From assembly GCF_036365525.1 (NCBI RefSeq), contig NW_027140861.1, forward strand, positions 124,001 through 188,000: DNA of 64,000 nucleotides, given 5' to 3'. The DNA comes from Heterodontus francisci (taxonomy: Eukaryota). This document shows positions 1-13,700 of the stretch, piece after piece. The translations under genes were made by a program, and so were the position numbers. Under the pieces are notes generated by a model, which saw only the letters and a list, made by a program, of their open reading frames with translations, was not told the DNA's origin and searched no databases. Position 1 is the first letter of the stretch, and each line of letters starts with the position of its first letter.

Positions 1-495
1 GAGAGAGAGAGAATGGGGGCAGTGAGAGGAGAGAGAGAGAGAGAATGGGGGCAGTGAGAGGAGAGAGAGAGAGAATGGGGGCAGTGAGAGGAGAGAGAGA
101 GAATGGGAGCAGTGAGAGGAGAGAGAGAGAATGGGAGCAGTGAGTGGAGAGAGAGAGAATGGGAGCAGTGAGTGGAGAGAGAGAGAATGGGAGCAGTGAG
201 TGGAGAGAGAGAGAATGGGAGCAGTGAGAGGAGAGAGAGAGAATGGGAGCAGTGAGAGGAGAGAGAGAGAATGGGAGCAGTGAGAGGAGAGAGAGAGAGA
301 ATGGGAGCAGTGAGAGGAGAGAGAGAGAATGGGGACAGTGAGAGGAGAGAGAGAGAGAATGGGAGCAGTGAGAGGAGAGAGAGAGAGAATGGGGGCAGTG
401 AGAGGAGAGAGAGAGAGAATGGGAGCAGTGAGAGGAGAGCGAGAGAGAATGGGAGCTGTGAGAGGAGAGAACGAGAATGAGACCTGTGAGAGGAG
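1..495 (+). repeat. Purine-rich ~30-bp minisatellite (GAGAGAGAGAATGGGAGCAGTGAGAG)
   Basis: About 15 visible tandem copies with variable GA runs; truncated by the window edge. Confidence 0.95.
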
Positions 496-811
496 AGGCT
501 GATTGGGACCATGGGACTTCAAGGAGGACAATATTCTCTCTAAGGTGCCTGTGTGCATAGCCAGATACTATCCAGAATTTGCCTTGAATTGTAATGAACA
601 AGCTACTGACAACTTTGCTTAAGATCAGTTAATTTTAAAATATAAATTTCCCATGGCCAATACTCAAGTGCTCAGGAGTTTCTAGTTCACCTGTTACAGA
701 TAAAATTTACACAGAAAATTTCTGAGTACAATGAGTGATACACAGAGTCAGCAGTAGAGGAGATTGATAAAGTGAGCCTCAGAACAGTGATACTGAGACA
801 CACTGATCTAT

Positions 812-1745
812 CTGTCCCTGGCGTTGCTGAGAATGTGTCTGGCCATGTTGTTGCTTCAAGCTCCATTCAGTTGGACCGTGCCGTACTATCTGTCTCTCGT
901 GGCAACGTTTGTACAGAAAAACACCTTTGATCACTAGTCCATCAGGCAGTATTCCACACATAACATCCTTGAGGCCCTGCGGGAAAAGGAGATGGTGGAC
1001 CCTGTCGGTTGGTTCTCTGTGCAGACTGTCAAATGCATTTCCAGATGGTGTCATTGCCAGAACTTCCAAACAAGCACATAGATATAGCAATCCTGGTGGT
1101 GAGAAGGGCCCTCCCTGTCAGTTCTGCATGGCCAGAGCCTGCCTGCCTGCCTGCCTCCGCACGCTGCCCTTGAGGTGACTGCGGTGGGGAAGAGACCATC
1201 ACCCACCTCTTTCTGGAATGTGCCTTTACAAAGCAGCTCTGGAAAGAGATGCAGTGGTTTTCCACAAAGTTGATCCTGAGCAGCTCTGTAATACAGGACA
1301 CATACTGAGATAAACATCAGCTGCTGCTGGAGGACCATCAACTCGCTGAAAGATGCTCTTTGGTCTGCACAAAACCTACTGGTCTTCCAGTGCAAAGAGC
1401 TGTCAATAACCGAGTGTTGCAGACTGGCACAGTCCGAGGTCCGGGCCTATGTATTGAGGGATGTATTGGGGCAGCTGCCACAAAGGCTCAATGGGAAAAT
1501 GCCACTATCTAAGGCCTTCTCACTATGGTAAGCCGAGAGGCTGGAACCCGTGGAAAACCCCTTGGGCTATATGCACCAGAGAATGATATCAAATGCAAAT
1601 GTACCTGTAATGGCAAGTGTTGTGAATCACCTCATATACTGTATTGAAATAAATTGGTCTGTATTGCATTTTATGCAATGTCAACTTTGACCTATATGTG
1701 TTGTACTTACAAATTTTGTGAACAGCATATTTTTGTGGTAAAAGA
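812..1745 (+). mobile_element. Tx1/L1-type LINE 3' fragment
   Basis: Encodes a decayed C-terminal Cys/His motif (CP.GDCGGEETITHLFLECAF) homologous to the 26.6-28.1 kb copy; AT-rich 3' end. Confidence 0.8.
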
Positions 1746-1751
1746 ACCCGA

Positions 1752-4700
1752 AAGACACAAATCGAGGGTGATTGATAAAGGTGAGACTGAATACAGTGAT
1801 ACAGAGAGACACAAACAGAGGGTGATTGATAAAGGTGAGACTTGAAGACAGTGATACAGAGAGACACAAACAGAGGGTGATTGATAAAGGTGAGACTTGA
1901 ATAGAGTGATACAGAGAGACACAAATAGAGAGTGATTGATAAAGGTGAGACTGAATACAGTGATACAGAGAGACACAAACAGAGAGTGATTGATAAATGT
2001 GAGATTTGAATACAGTGATAAAGAGAGAAACAAATAGAGAGTGATTGATAAAGGTGAGACTGAATACAGTGATACAGAGAGACACAAACAGAGGAGATTG
2101 ATAAAGGTGAGACTTGAATACAGTGATACAGAGAGACACAAATAGAGGGTGATTGATAAAGGTGAGACTGAATAGAGTGATACAGAGAGACACAAATAGA
2201 GAGTGATTGATAAAGGTGAGACTGAATAGAGTGATACAGAGAGACACAAATAGAGAGTGATTGATAAAGGTGAGACTGAATAGAGTGATACAGAGAGACA
2301 CAAATAGAGAGTGATTGATAAAGGTGAGACTGAATAGAGTGATACAGAGACACAAATAGAGAGTGATTGATAAAGGTGAGACTGAATAGAGTGATACAGA
2401 GAGACACAATCAGAGAGTGATGGATAAAGGTGAGACTGAATAGAGTGATACAGAGAGACACAAACAGAGAGTGATTGATAAAGGTGAGACTGAATACAGT
2501 GATACAGAGAGTCACAAACAGAGAGTGATTGATAAAGGTGAGACTGAATAGAGTGATACAGAGAGACACAAATAGAGAGTGATTGATAAAGGTGAGACTG
2601 AATAGAGTGATACAGAGAGACACAAACAGAGAGTGATTGATAAAGGTGAGACTGAATACAGTGATACAGAGAGTCACAAACAGAGAATGATTGATAAAGG
2701 TGAGACTGAATACAGTGATACAGAGAGACACAAATAGAGAGTGATTGATAAAGGTGAGACTGAATAGAGTGATACAGAGAGACACAAATAGAGAGTGATT
2801 GATAAAGGTGAGATTTGAATACAGTGATACAGAGAGACACAAACAGAGAGTGATTGATAAAGGTGAGACTTGAATACAGTGATACAGAGAGACACAAACA
2901 GAGAGTGATTGATAAAGGTGAGACTGAATACAGTGATACAGAGAGACACAAATAGAGAGTGATTGATAAAGGTGAGACTGAATAGAGTGATACAGAGAGA
3001 CACAAACAGAGAGTGATTGATAAAGGTGAGACTTGAATACAGTGATACAGAGAGACACAAACAGAGAGTGATTGATAAAGGTGAGACTGAATACAGTGAT
3101 ACAGAGAGACACAAACAGAGAGTGATTGATAAAGGTGAGACTTGAATACAGTGATACAGAGAGACACAAACAGAGAGTGATTGATAAAGGTGAGACTGAA
3201 TAGAGTGATACAGAGAGACACAAACAGAGAGTGATTGATATAGGTGAGACTGAATAGAGTGATACAGAGAGACACAAACAGAGAGTGATTGATAAAGGTG
3301 AGACTGAATACAGTGATACAGAGAGACACAAACAGAGAGTGATTGATAAAGGTGAGACTGAATAGAGTGATACAGAGAGACACAAACAGAGAGTGATTGA
3401 TAAAGGTGAGACTGAATACAGTGATACAGAGAGACACAAACAGAGAGTGATTGATAAAGGTGAGAATGAATACAGTGATACAGAGAGACACAAACAGAGG
3501 GGATTGATAAAGGTGAGCCTGAATACAGTGACACAGAGAGACACAAACAGAGAGTGATTGATAAAGGTGAGAATGAATACAGTGATACAGAGAGACACAA
3601 ACAGAGGGGATTGATAAAGGTGAGCCTGAATACAGTGATACAGAGAGACACAAACAGAGAGTGATTGATAAAGGTGAGACTTGAATACAGTGATACAGAG
3701 AGACACAAAAAGAGGGTGATTGATAAAGGTGAGACTGAATAAAGTGATAGAGAGACACAAACAGAGAGTGATTGATAAAGGTGAGACTGAATAGAGTGAT
3801 ACAGAGAGACACAAACAGAGAGTGATTGATAAAGGTGAGACTGAATACAGTGATACAGAGAGACACAAACAGAGAGTGATTGATAAAGGTGAGACTGAAT
3901 ACAGTGATACAGAGAGACACAAACAGAGAGTGATTGATAAAGGTGAGAATGAATACAGTGATACAGAGAGACACAAATAGAGGGTGATTGATAAAGGTGA
4001 GACTGAACACAGTGATACAGAGAGACACAAACAGAGGGTGATTGATAAAGGTGAGACTGAATACAGTGATACAGAGAGACACAAACAGAGAGTGATTGAT
4101 AAAGGTGAGAGTGAATGCAGTGATACAGAAAGACACAAACAGAGAGTGATTGATAAAGGTGAGACTGAATACAGTGATACAGAGAGTCACAAACAGAGAA
4201 TGATTGATAAAGGTGAGACTGAATACAGTGATACAGAGAGACACAAATAGAGAGTGATTGATAAAGGTGAGACTGAATAGAGTGATACAGAGAGACACAA
4301 ATAGAGAGTGATTGATAAAGGTGAGACTTGAATACAGTGATACAGAGAGACACAAACAGAGAGTGATTGATAAAGGTGAGACTTGAATACAGTGATACAG
4401 AGAGACACAAACAGAGAGTGATTGATAAAGGTGAGACTGAATACAGTGATACAGAGAGACACAAATAGAGAGTGATTGATAAAGGTGAGACTGAATAGAG
4501 TGATACAGAGAGACACAAACAGAGAGTGATTGATAAAGGTGAGACTGAATACAGTGATACAGAGAGACACAAACAGAGAGTGATTGATAAAGGTGAGACT
4601 TGAATACAGTGATACAGAGAGACACAAACAGAGAGTGATTGATAAAGGTGAGACTGAATAGAGTGATACAGAGAGACACAAACAGAGAGTGATTGATATA

Positions 4701-7700
4701 GGTGAGACTGAATAGAGTGATACAGAGAGACACAAACAGAGAGTGATTGATAAAGGTGAGACTGAATACAGTGATACAGAGAGACACAAACAGAGAGTGA
4801 TTGATAAAGGTGAGACTGAATAGAGTGATACAGAGAGACACAAACAGAGAGTGATTGATAAAGGTGAGACTGAATACAGTGATACAGAGAGACACAAACA
4901 GAGAGTGATTGATAAAGGTGAGAATGAATACAGTGATACAGAGAGACACAAACAGAGGGGATTGATAAAGGTGAGCCTGAATACAGTGATACAGAGAGAC
5001 ACAAACAGAGAGTGATTGATAAAGGTGAGAATGAATACAGTGATACAGAGAGACACAAACAGAGGGGATTGATAAAGGTGAGCCTGAATACAGTGATACA
5101 GAGAGACACAAAAAGAGGGTGATTGATAAAGGTGAGACTGAATAAAGTGATAGAGAGACACAAACAGAGAGTGATTGATAAAGGTGAGACTGAATAGAGT
5201 GATACAGAGAGACACAAACAGAGAGTGATTGATAAAGGTGAGACTGAATACAGTGATACAGAGAGACACAAACAGAGAGTGATTGATAAAGGTGAGACTG
5301 AATACAGTGATACAGAGAGACACAAACAGAGAGTGATTGATAAAGGTGAGAATGAATACAGTGATACAGAGAGACACAAATAGAGGGAGATTGATAAAGG
5401 TGAGACTGAACACAGTGATACAGAGAGACACAAACAGAGGGTGATTGATAAAGGTGAGACTGAATACAGTGATACAGAGAGACACAAACAGAGAGTGATT
5501 GATAAAGCTGAGACTGAATACAGTGATACAGAGAGTCACAAACAGAGAATGATTGATAAAGGTGAGACTGAATACAGTGATACAGAGAGACACAAATAGA
5601 GAGTGATTGATAAAGGTGAGACTGAATAGAGTGATACAGAGAGACACAAATAGAGAGTGATTGATAAAGGTGAGACTTGAATACAGTGATACAGAGAGAC
5701 ACAAACAGAGAGTGATTGATAAAGGTGAGACTTGAACACAGTGATACAGAGAGACACAAACAGAGAGTGATTGATAAAGGTGAGACTGAATACAGTGATA
5801 CAGAGAGACACAAATAGAGAGTGATTGATAAAGGTGAGACTGAATAGAGTGATACAGAGAGACACAAACAGAGAGTGATTGATAAAGGTGAGACTGAATA
5901 CAGTGATACAGAGAGTCACAAACAGAGAGTGATTGATAAAGGTGAGACTTGAATACAGTGATACAGAGAGACACAAACAGAGAGTGATTGATAAAGGTGA
6001 GACTGAATACAGTGATACAGAGAAACACAAACAGAGAGTGATTGATAAAGGTGAGACTTGAATACAGTGATACAGAGAGACACAAACAGAGAGTGATTGA
6101 TAAAGGTGAGACTGAATAGAGTGATACAGAGAGACACAAACAGAGAGTGATTGATATAGGTGAGACTGAATAGAGTGATACAGAGAGACACAAACAGAGA
6201 GTGATTGATAAAGGTGAGACTGAATACAGTGATACAGAGAGACACAAACAGAGAGTGATTGATAAAGGTGAGACTGAATAGAGTGATACAGAGAGACACA
6301 AACAGAGAGTGATTGATAAAGGTGAGACTGAATACAGTGATACAGAGAGACACAAACAGAGAGTGATTGATAAAGGTGAGAATGAATACAGTGATACAGA
6401 GAGACACAAACAGAGGGGAATGATAAAGGTGAGCCTGAATACAGTGATACAGAGAGACACAAACAGAGAGTGATTGATAAAGGTGAGAATGAATACAGTG
6501 ATACAGAGAGACACAAACAGAGGGGATTGATAAAGGTGAGCCTGAATACAGTGATACAGAGAGACACAAACAGAGAGTGATTGATAAAGGTGAGACTTGA
6601 ATACAGTGATACAGAGAGACACAAAAAGAGGGTGATTGATAAAGATGAGACTGAATAAAGTGATAGAGAGACACAAACAGAGAGTGATTGATAAAGGTGA
6701 GACTGAATAGAGTGATACAGAGAGACACAAACAGAGAGTGATTGATAAAGGTGAGACTGAATACAGTGATACAGAGAGACACAAACAGAGAGTGATTGAT
6801 AAAGGTGAGACTGAATACAGTGATACAGAGAGACACAAACAGAGAGTGATTGATAAAGGTGAGAATGAATACAGTGATACAGAGAGACACAAATAGAGGG
6901 AGATTGATAAAGGTGAGACTGAACACAGTGATACAGAGAGACACAAACAGAGGGTGATTGATAAAGGTGAGACTGAATACAGTGATACAGAGAGACACAA
7001 ACAGAGAGTGATTGATAAAGGTGAGAGTGAATGCAGTGATACAGAAAGACACAAACAGAGAGTGATTGATAAATGTGAGACTGAATACAGTGATACAGAG
7101 AGACACAAACAGAGAGTGATTGATAAAGGTGAGACTGAATACAGTGATACAGAGAGACACAAACAGAGAGTGATTGATAAAGGTGAGACTGAATAGAGTG
7201 ATACAGAGAGACACAAACAGAGAGTGATTGATAAAGGTGAGACTGAACAGAGTGATACAGAGAGACACAAATAGAGGGTGATTGATAAAGGTGAGACTGA
7301 ATACAGTGATACAGAGAGACACAAACAGAGGGTGATTGATAAAGGTGAGACTGAATAGAGTGATACAGAGAGACACAAACAGAGAGTGATTGATAAAGGT
7401 GAGACTGAACACAGTGATACAGAGAGACACAAACAGAGGGTGATTGATAAAGGTGAGACTGAATACAGTGATACAGAGAGACACAAACAGAGAGTGATTG
7501 ATATAGGTGAGAATGAATACATTGATACAGAGAGACACAAACAGAGGGTGATTGATAAAGGTGAGACTGAATAGAGTGATACAGAGAGACACAAACAGAG
7601 AGTGATTGATAAAGGTGAGACTGAATACAGTGATACAGAGAGACACAAACAGAGAGTGATTGATAAAGGTGAGACTGAATACAGTGATACAGAGAGACAC

Positions 7701-10700
7701 AAACAGAGAGTGATTGATAAAGGTGAGAATGAATACAGTGATACAGAGAGACACAAATAGAGGGAGATTGATAAAGGTGAGACTGAACACAGTGATACAG
7801 AGACACACAAACAGAGGGTGATTGATAAAGGTGAGACTGAATACAGTGATACAGAGAGACACAAACAGAGAGTGATTGATAAAGGTGAGAGTGAATGCAG
7901 TGATACAGAAAGACACAAACAGAGAGTGATTGATAAATGTGAGACTGAATACAGTGATACAGAGAGACACAAACAGAGAGTGATTGATAAAGGTGAGACT
8001 GAATACAGTGATACAGAGAGACACAAACAGAGAGTGATTGATAAAGGTGAGACTGAATAGAGTGATACAGAGAGACACAAACAGAGAGTGATTGATAAAG
8101 GTGAGACTGAATAGAGTGATACAGAGAGACACAAATAGAGGGTGATTGATAAAGGTGAGACTGAATACAGTGATACAGAGAGACACAAACAGAGGGTGAT
8201 TGATAAAGGTGAGACTGAATAGAGTGATACAGAGAGACACAAACAGAGAGTGATTGATAAAGGTGAGACTGAACACAGTGATACAGAGAGACACAAACAG
8301 AGGGTGATTGATAAAGGTGAGACTGAATACAGTGATACAGAGAGACACAAACAGAGAGTGATTGATAAAGGTGAGAATGAATACAGTGATACAGAGAGAC
8401 ACAAACAGAGGGTGATTGATAAAGGTGAGACTGAATAGAGTGATACAGAGAGACACAAACAGAGAGTGATCGATAAAGGTGAGAATGAATAGAGTGATAC
8501 AGAGAGACACAAACAGAGAGTGATTGATAAAGGTGAGACTGAATACAGTGATACAGAGAGACACAAACAGAGGGTGATTGATAAAGGTGAGACTTAATAC
8601 AGTGATACAGAGAGACACAAACAGAGAGTGATTGATAAAGGTGAGAATGAATACAGTGATACAGAGAGACACAAACAGAGAGTGATTGATAAAGGTGAGA
8701 ATGAATACAGTGATCCAGAGAGACACAAACAGAGAGTGATTGATAAAGGTGAGACTGAATAGAGTGATACAGAGAGACACAAACAGAGAGTGATTGATAA
8801 AGGTGAGACTGAATACAGTGATACAGAGAGACACAAACAGAGGGTGATTGATAAAGGTGAGACTGAATAGAGTGATACAGAGAGACACAAACAGAGAGTG
8901 ATTGATAAAGGTGAGACTGAACACAGTGATACAGAGAGACACAAACAGAGGGTGATTGATAAAGGTGAGACTGAATACAGTGATACAGAGAGACACAAAC
9001 AGAGAGTGATTGATAAAGGTGAGAATGAATACAGTGATACAGAGAGACACAAACAGAGGGTGATTGATAAAGGTGAGTCTGAATAGAGTGATACAGAGAG
9101 ACACAAACAGAGAGTGATTGATAAAGGTGAGAATGAATAGAGTGATACAGAGAGACACAAACAGAGAGTGATTGATAAAGGTGAGACTGAATACAGTGAT
9201 ACAGAGAGACACAAACAGAGGGTGATTGATAAAGGTGAGACTGAATACAGTGATACAGAGAGACACAAACAGAGAGTGATTGATAAAGGTGAGAATGAAT
9301 ACAGTGATCCAGAGAGACACAAACAGAGAGTGATTGATAAAGGTGAGACTGAATAGAGTGATACAGAGAGACACAAACAGAGAGTGATTGATAAAGGTGA
9401 GACTGAATACAGTGATACAGAGAGACACAAACAGAGGGTGATTGATAAAGGTGAGACTGAATACAGTGATACAGAGAGACACAAACAGAGAGTGATTGAT
9501 AAAGGTGAGAATGAATACAGTGATACAGAGAGACACAAATAGAGGAGATTGATAAAGGTGAGACTGAATACAGTGATACAGAGAGACACAAACAGAGAGT
9601 GATTGATAAAGGTGAGAATGAATACAGTGATACAGAGAGACACAAATAGAGAGTGATTGATAAAGGTGAGACTGAATACAGTGATACAGAGAGTCACAAA
9701 CAGAGAGTGATTGATAAAGGTGAGAATGAATACAGTGATACAGAGAGACACAAACAGAGGGTGATTGATAAAGGTGAGACTGAATAGAGTGATACAGAGA
9801 GACACAAACAGAGAGTGATTGATAAAGTTGAGAATGAATACAGTGATACAGAGGGACACAAACAGAGAGTGATTGATAAAGGTGAGACTGAATAGAGTGA
9901 TACAGAGAGACACAAACAGAGAGTGATTGATAAAGGTGAGAATGAATACAGTGATACAGAGAGACACAAACAGAGAGTGATTGATAAAGGTGAGACTGAA
10001 TACAGTGATACAGAGAGACACAAACAGAGGGTGATTGATAAAGGTGAGACTGAATAGAGTGATACAGAGAGACACAAACAGAGAGTGATTGATAAAGGTG
10101 AGAATGAATACAGTGATACAGAGAGACACAAACAGAGAGTGATTGATAAAGGTGAGACTGAATACAGTGATACAGAGAGACACAAACAGAGGGTGATTGA
10201 TAAAGGTGAGACTGAATAGAGTGATACAGAGAGACACAAACAGAGAGTGATTGATAAAGGTGAGACTGAATAGAGTGATACGGAGAGACACAAACAGAGA
10301 GTGATTGATAAAGGTGAGACTGAATACAGTGATACAGAGAGACACAAACAGAGAGTGATTGATAAAGGTGAGACTGAATACAGTGATACAGAGAGACACA
10401 AATAGAGGGTGATTGATAAAGGTGAGACTGAATACAGTGATACAGAGAGACACAAACAGAGGAGATTGATAAAGGTGAGACTTGAATACAGTGATACAGA
10501 GAGACACAAACAGAGAGTGATTGATAAAGGTGAGAGTGAATACAGTGATACAGAGAGACACAAATAGAGGGTGATTGATAAAGGTGAGACTGAATAGAGT
10601 GATACAGAGAGACACAAACAGAGAGTGATTGATAAAGGTGAGAGTGAATACAGTGATACAGAGAGACACAAATAGAGGGTGATTGATAAAGGTGAGACTG

Positions 10701-13700
10701 AATAGAGTGATACAGAGAGACACAAACAGAGAGTGATTGATAAAGGTGAGACTGAATACAGTGATACAGAGAGACACAAATAGAGGGTGATTGATAAAGG
10801 TGAGACTGAATAGAGTGATACAGAGAGACACAAACAGAGAGTGATTGATAAAGGTGAGAGTGAATACAATGATACAGAGAGACACAAACAGAGAGTGATT
10901 GATAAAGGTGAGACTGAATACAGTGATACAGAGAGACACAAACAGAGAGTAATTGATAAAGGTGAGACTGAATACAGTGATACAGAGAGACACAAAAAGA
11001 GAGTGATTGATAAAGGTGAGACTTGAATACAGTGATACAGAGAGACACAAACAGAGAGTGATTGATAAAGGTGAGACTGAATACAGTGATACAGAGAGAC
11101 ACAAATAGAGGGTGATTGATAAAGGTGAGACTGAATAGAGTGATACAGAGAGACACAAACAGAGAGTGATTGATAAAGGTGAGACTGAATACAGTGATAC
11201 AGAGAGACACAAACAGAGAGTGATTGATAAAGGTGAGAGTGAATACAGTGATACAGAGAGACACAAATAGAGGGTGATTGATAAAGGTGAGACTGAATAG
11301 AGTGATACAGAGAGACACAAACAGAGAGTGATTGATAAAGGTGAGACTGAATACAGTGATACAGAGAGACACAAAAAGAGAGTGATTGATAAAGGTGAGA
11401 CTTGAATACAGTGATACAGAGAGACACAAACAGAGGGTGATTGATAAAGGTGAGACTGAATAGAGTGATACAGAGAGACACAAACAGAGAGTGATTGATA
11501 AAGGTGAGACTGAATACAGTGATACAGAGAGACACAAACAGAGAGTGATTGATAAAGGTGAGACTGAATACAGTGATACAGAGAGACACAAACAGAGTGA
11601 TTGATAAAGGTGAGACTTGAATACAGTGATACAGAGAGACACAAATAGAGGGTGATTGATAAAGGTGAGACTTGAATACAGTGATACAGAGAGACGCAAA
11701 CAGAGAGTGATTTATAAAGGTGAGACTCGAATACAGTGATACAGAGAGACACAAACAGAGAGTGATTGATAAAGGTGAGACTTGAATACAGTGACACAGA
11801 GAGACACAAATAGAGGGTGATTGATAAAGGTGAGACTGAATACAGTGATACAGAGAGACACAAACAGAGAGTGATTGATAAAGGTGAGACTGAATACAGT
11901 GATACAGAGAGACACAAATAGAGGGTGATTGATAAAGGTGAGAGTGAATACAGTGATACAGAGAGACACAAACAGAGAGTGATTGATAAAGGTGAGACTG
12001 AATACAGTGATACAGAGAGACACAAATAGAGGGTGATTGATAAAGGTGAGAGTGAATACAGTGATACAGAGAGACACAAACAGAGAGTGATTGATAAAGG
12101 TGAGACTGAATACAGTGATACAGAGAGACACAAATAGAGGAGATTGATAAAGGTGAGACTGAATAGAGTGATACAGAGAGACACAAACAGAGAGTGATTG
12201 ATAAAGGTGAGACTGAATAGAGTGATACAGAGAGACACAAACAGAGAGTGATTGATAAAGGTGAGACTGAATAGAGTGATACAGAGAGACACAAACAGAG
12301 AGTGATTGATAAAGGTGAGACTGAATAGAGTGATACAGAGAGACACAAACAGAGAGTGATTGATAAAGGTGAGACTGAATAGAGTGATACAGAGAGACAC
12401 AAACAGAGAGTGATTGATAAAGGTGAGACTTGAATACAGTGATACAGAGAGACACAAACAGAGAGTGATTGATAAAGGTGAGACTCGAATACATTGATAC
12501 AGAGAGACACAAACAGAGAGTGATTGATAAAGGTGAGACTTGAATACAGTGACACAGAGAGACACAAATAGAGGGTGATTGATAAAGGTGAGACTGAATA
12601 GAGTGATACAGAGAGACACAAACAGAGAGTGATTGATAAAGGTGAGACTGAATACAGTGATACAGAGAGACACAAATAGAGGGTGATTGATAAAGGTGAG
12701 AGTGAATACAGTGATACAGAGAGACACAAACAGAGAGTGATTGATAAAGGTGAGACTGAATACAGTGATACAGAGAGACACAAATAGAGGGTGATTGATA
12801 AAGGTGAGACTGAATAGAGTGATACAGAGAGACACAAACAGAGAGTGATTGATAAAGGTGAGACTGAATACAGTGATACAGAGAGACACAAATAGAGGAG
12901 ATTGATAAAGGTGAGACTGAATAGAGTGATACAGAGAGACACAAACAGAGAGTGATTGATAAAGGTGAGACTGAATAGAGTGATACAGAGAGACACAAAC
13001 AGAGAGTGATTGATAAAGGTGAGACTGAATAGAGTGATACAGAGAGACACAAACAGAGAGTGATTGATAAAGGTGAGACTGAATAGAGTGATACAGAGAG
13101 ACACAAACAGAGAGTGATTGATAAAGGTGAGACTGAATACAGTGATACAGAGAGACACAAACAGAGTGATTGATAAAGGTGAGACTTGAATACAGTGATA
13201 CAGAGAGACACAAACAGAGAGTGATTGATAAAGGTGAGACTTGAATACAGTGATACAGAGAGACACAAACAGAGAGTGATTGATAAAGGTGAGACTTGAA
13301 TACAGTGATACAGAGAGACACAAACAGAGAGTGATTGATAAAGGTGAGACTTGAATACAGTGATACAGAGAGACACAAATAGAGGGTGATTGATAAAGGT
13401 GAGACTTGAATACAGTGATACAGAGAGACACAAACAGAGAGTGATTGATAAAGGTGAGACTTGAATACAGTGATACAGAGAGACACAAACAGAGAGTGAT
13501 TGATAAAGGTGAGACTTGAATACAGTGATACAGAGAGACACAAATAGAGAGTGATTGATAAAGGTGAGACTGAATACAGTGATACAGAGAGACACAAATA
13601 GAGGAGATTGATAAAGGTGAGAATGAATACAGTGATACAGAGAGACACAAACAGAGGGGATTGATAAAGGTGAGACTGAATACAGTGATACAGAGAGACA

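Noticed and set aside
635-692. Possible terminal exon of the second gene (ctgtaacag|GTGAAC...)
   Set aside because: The acceptor is modest, all frames close within 20 codons, and there is no independent support.
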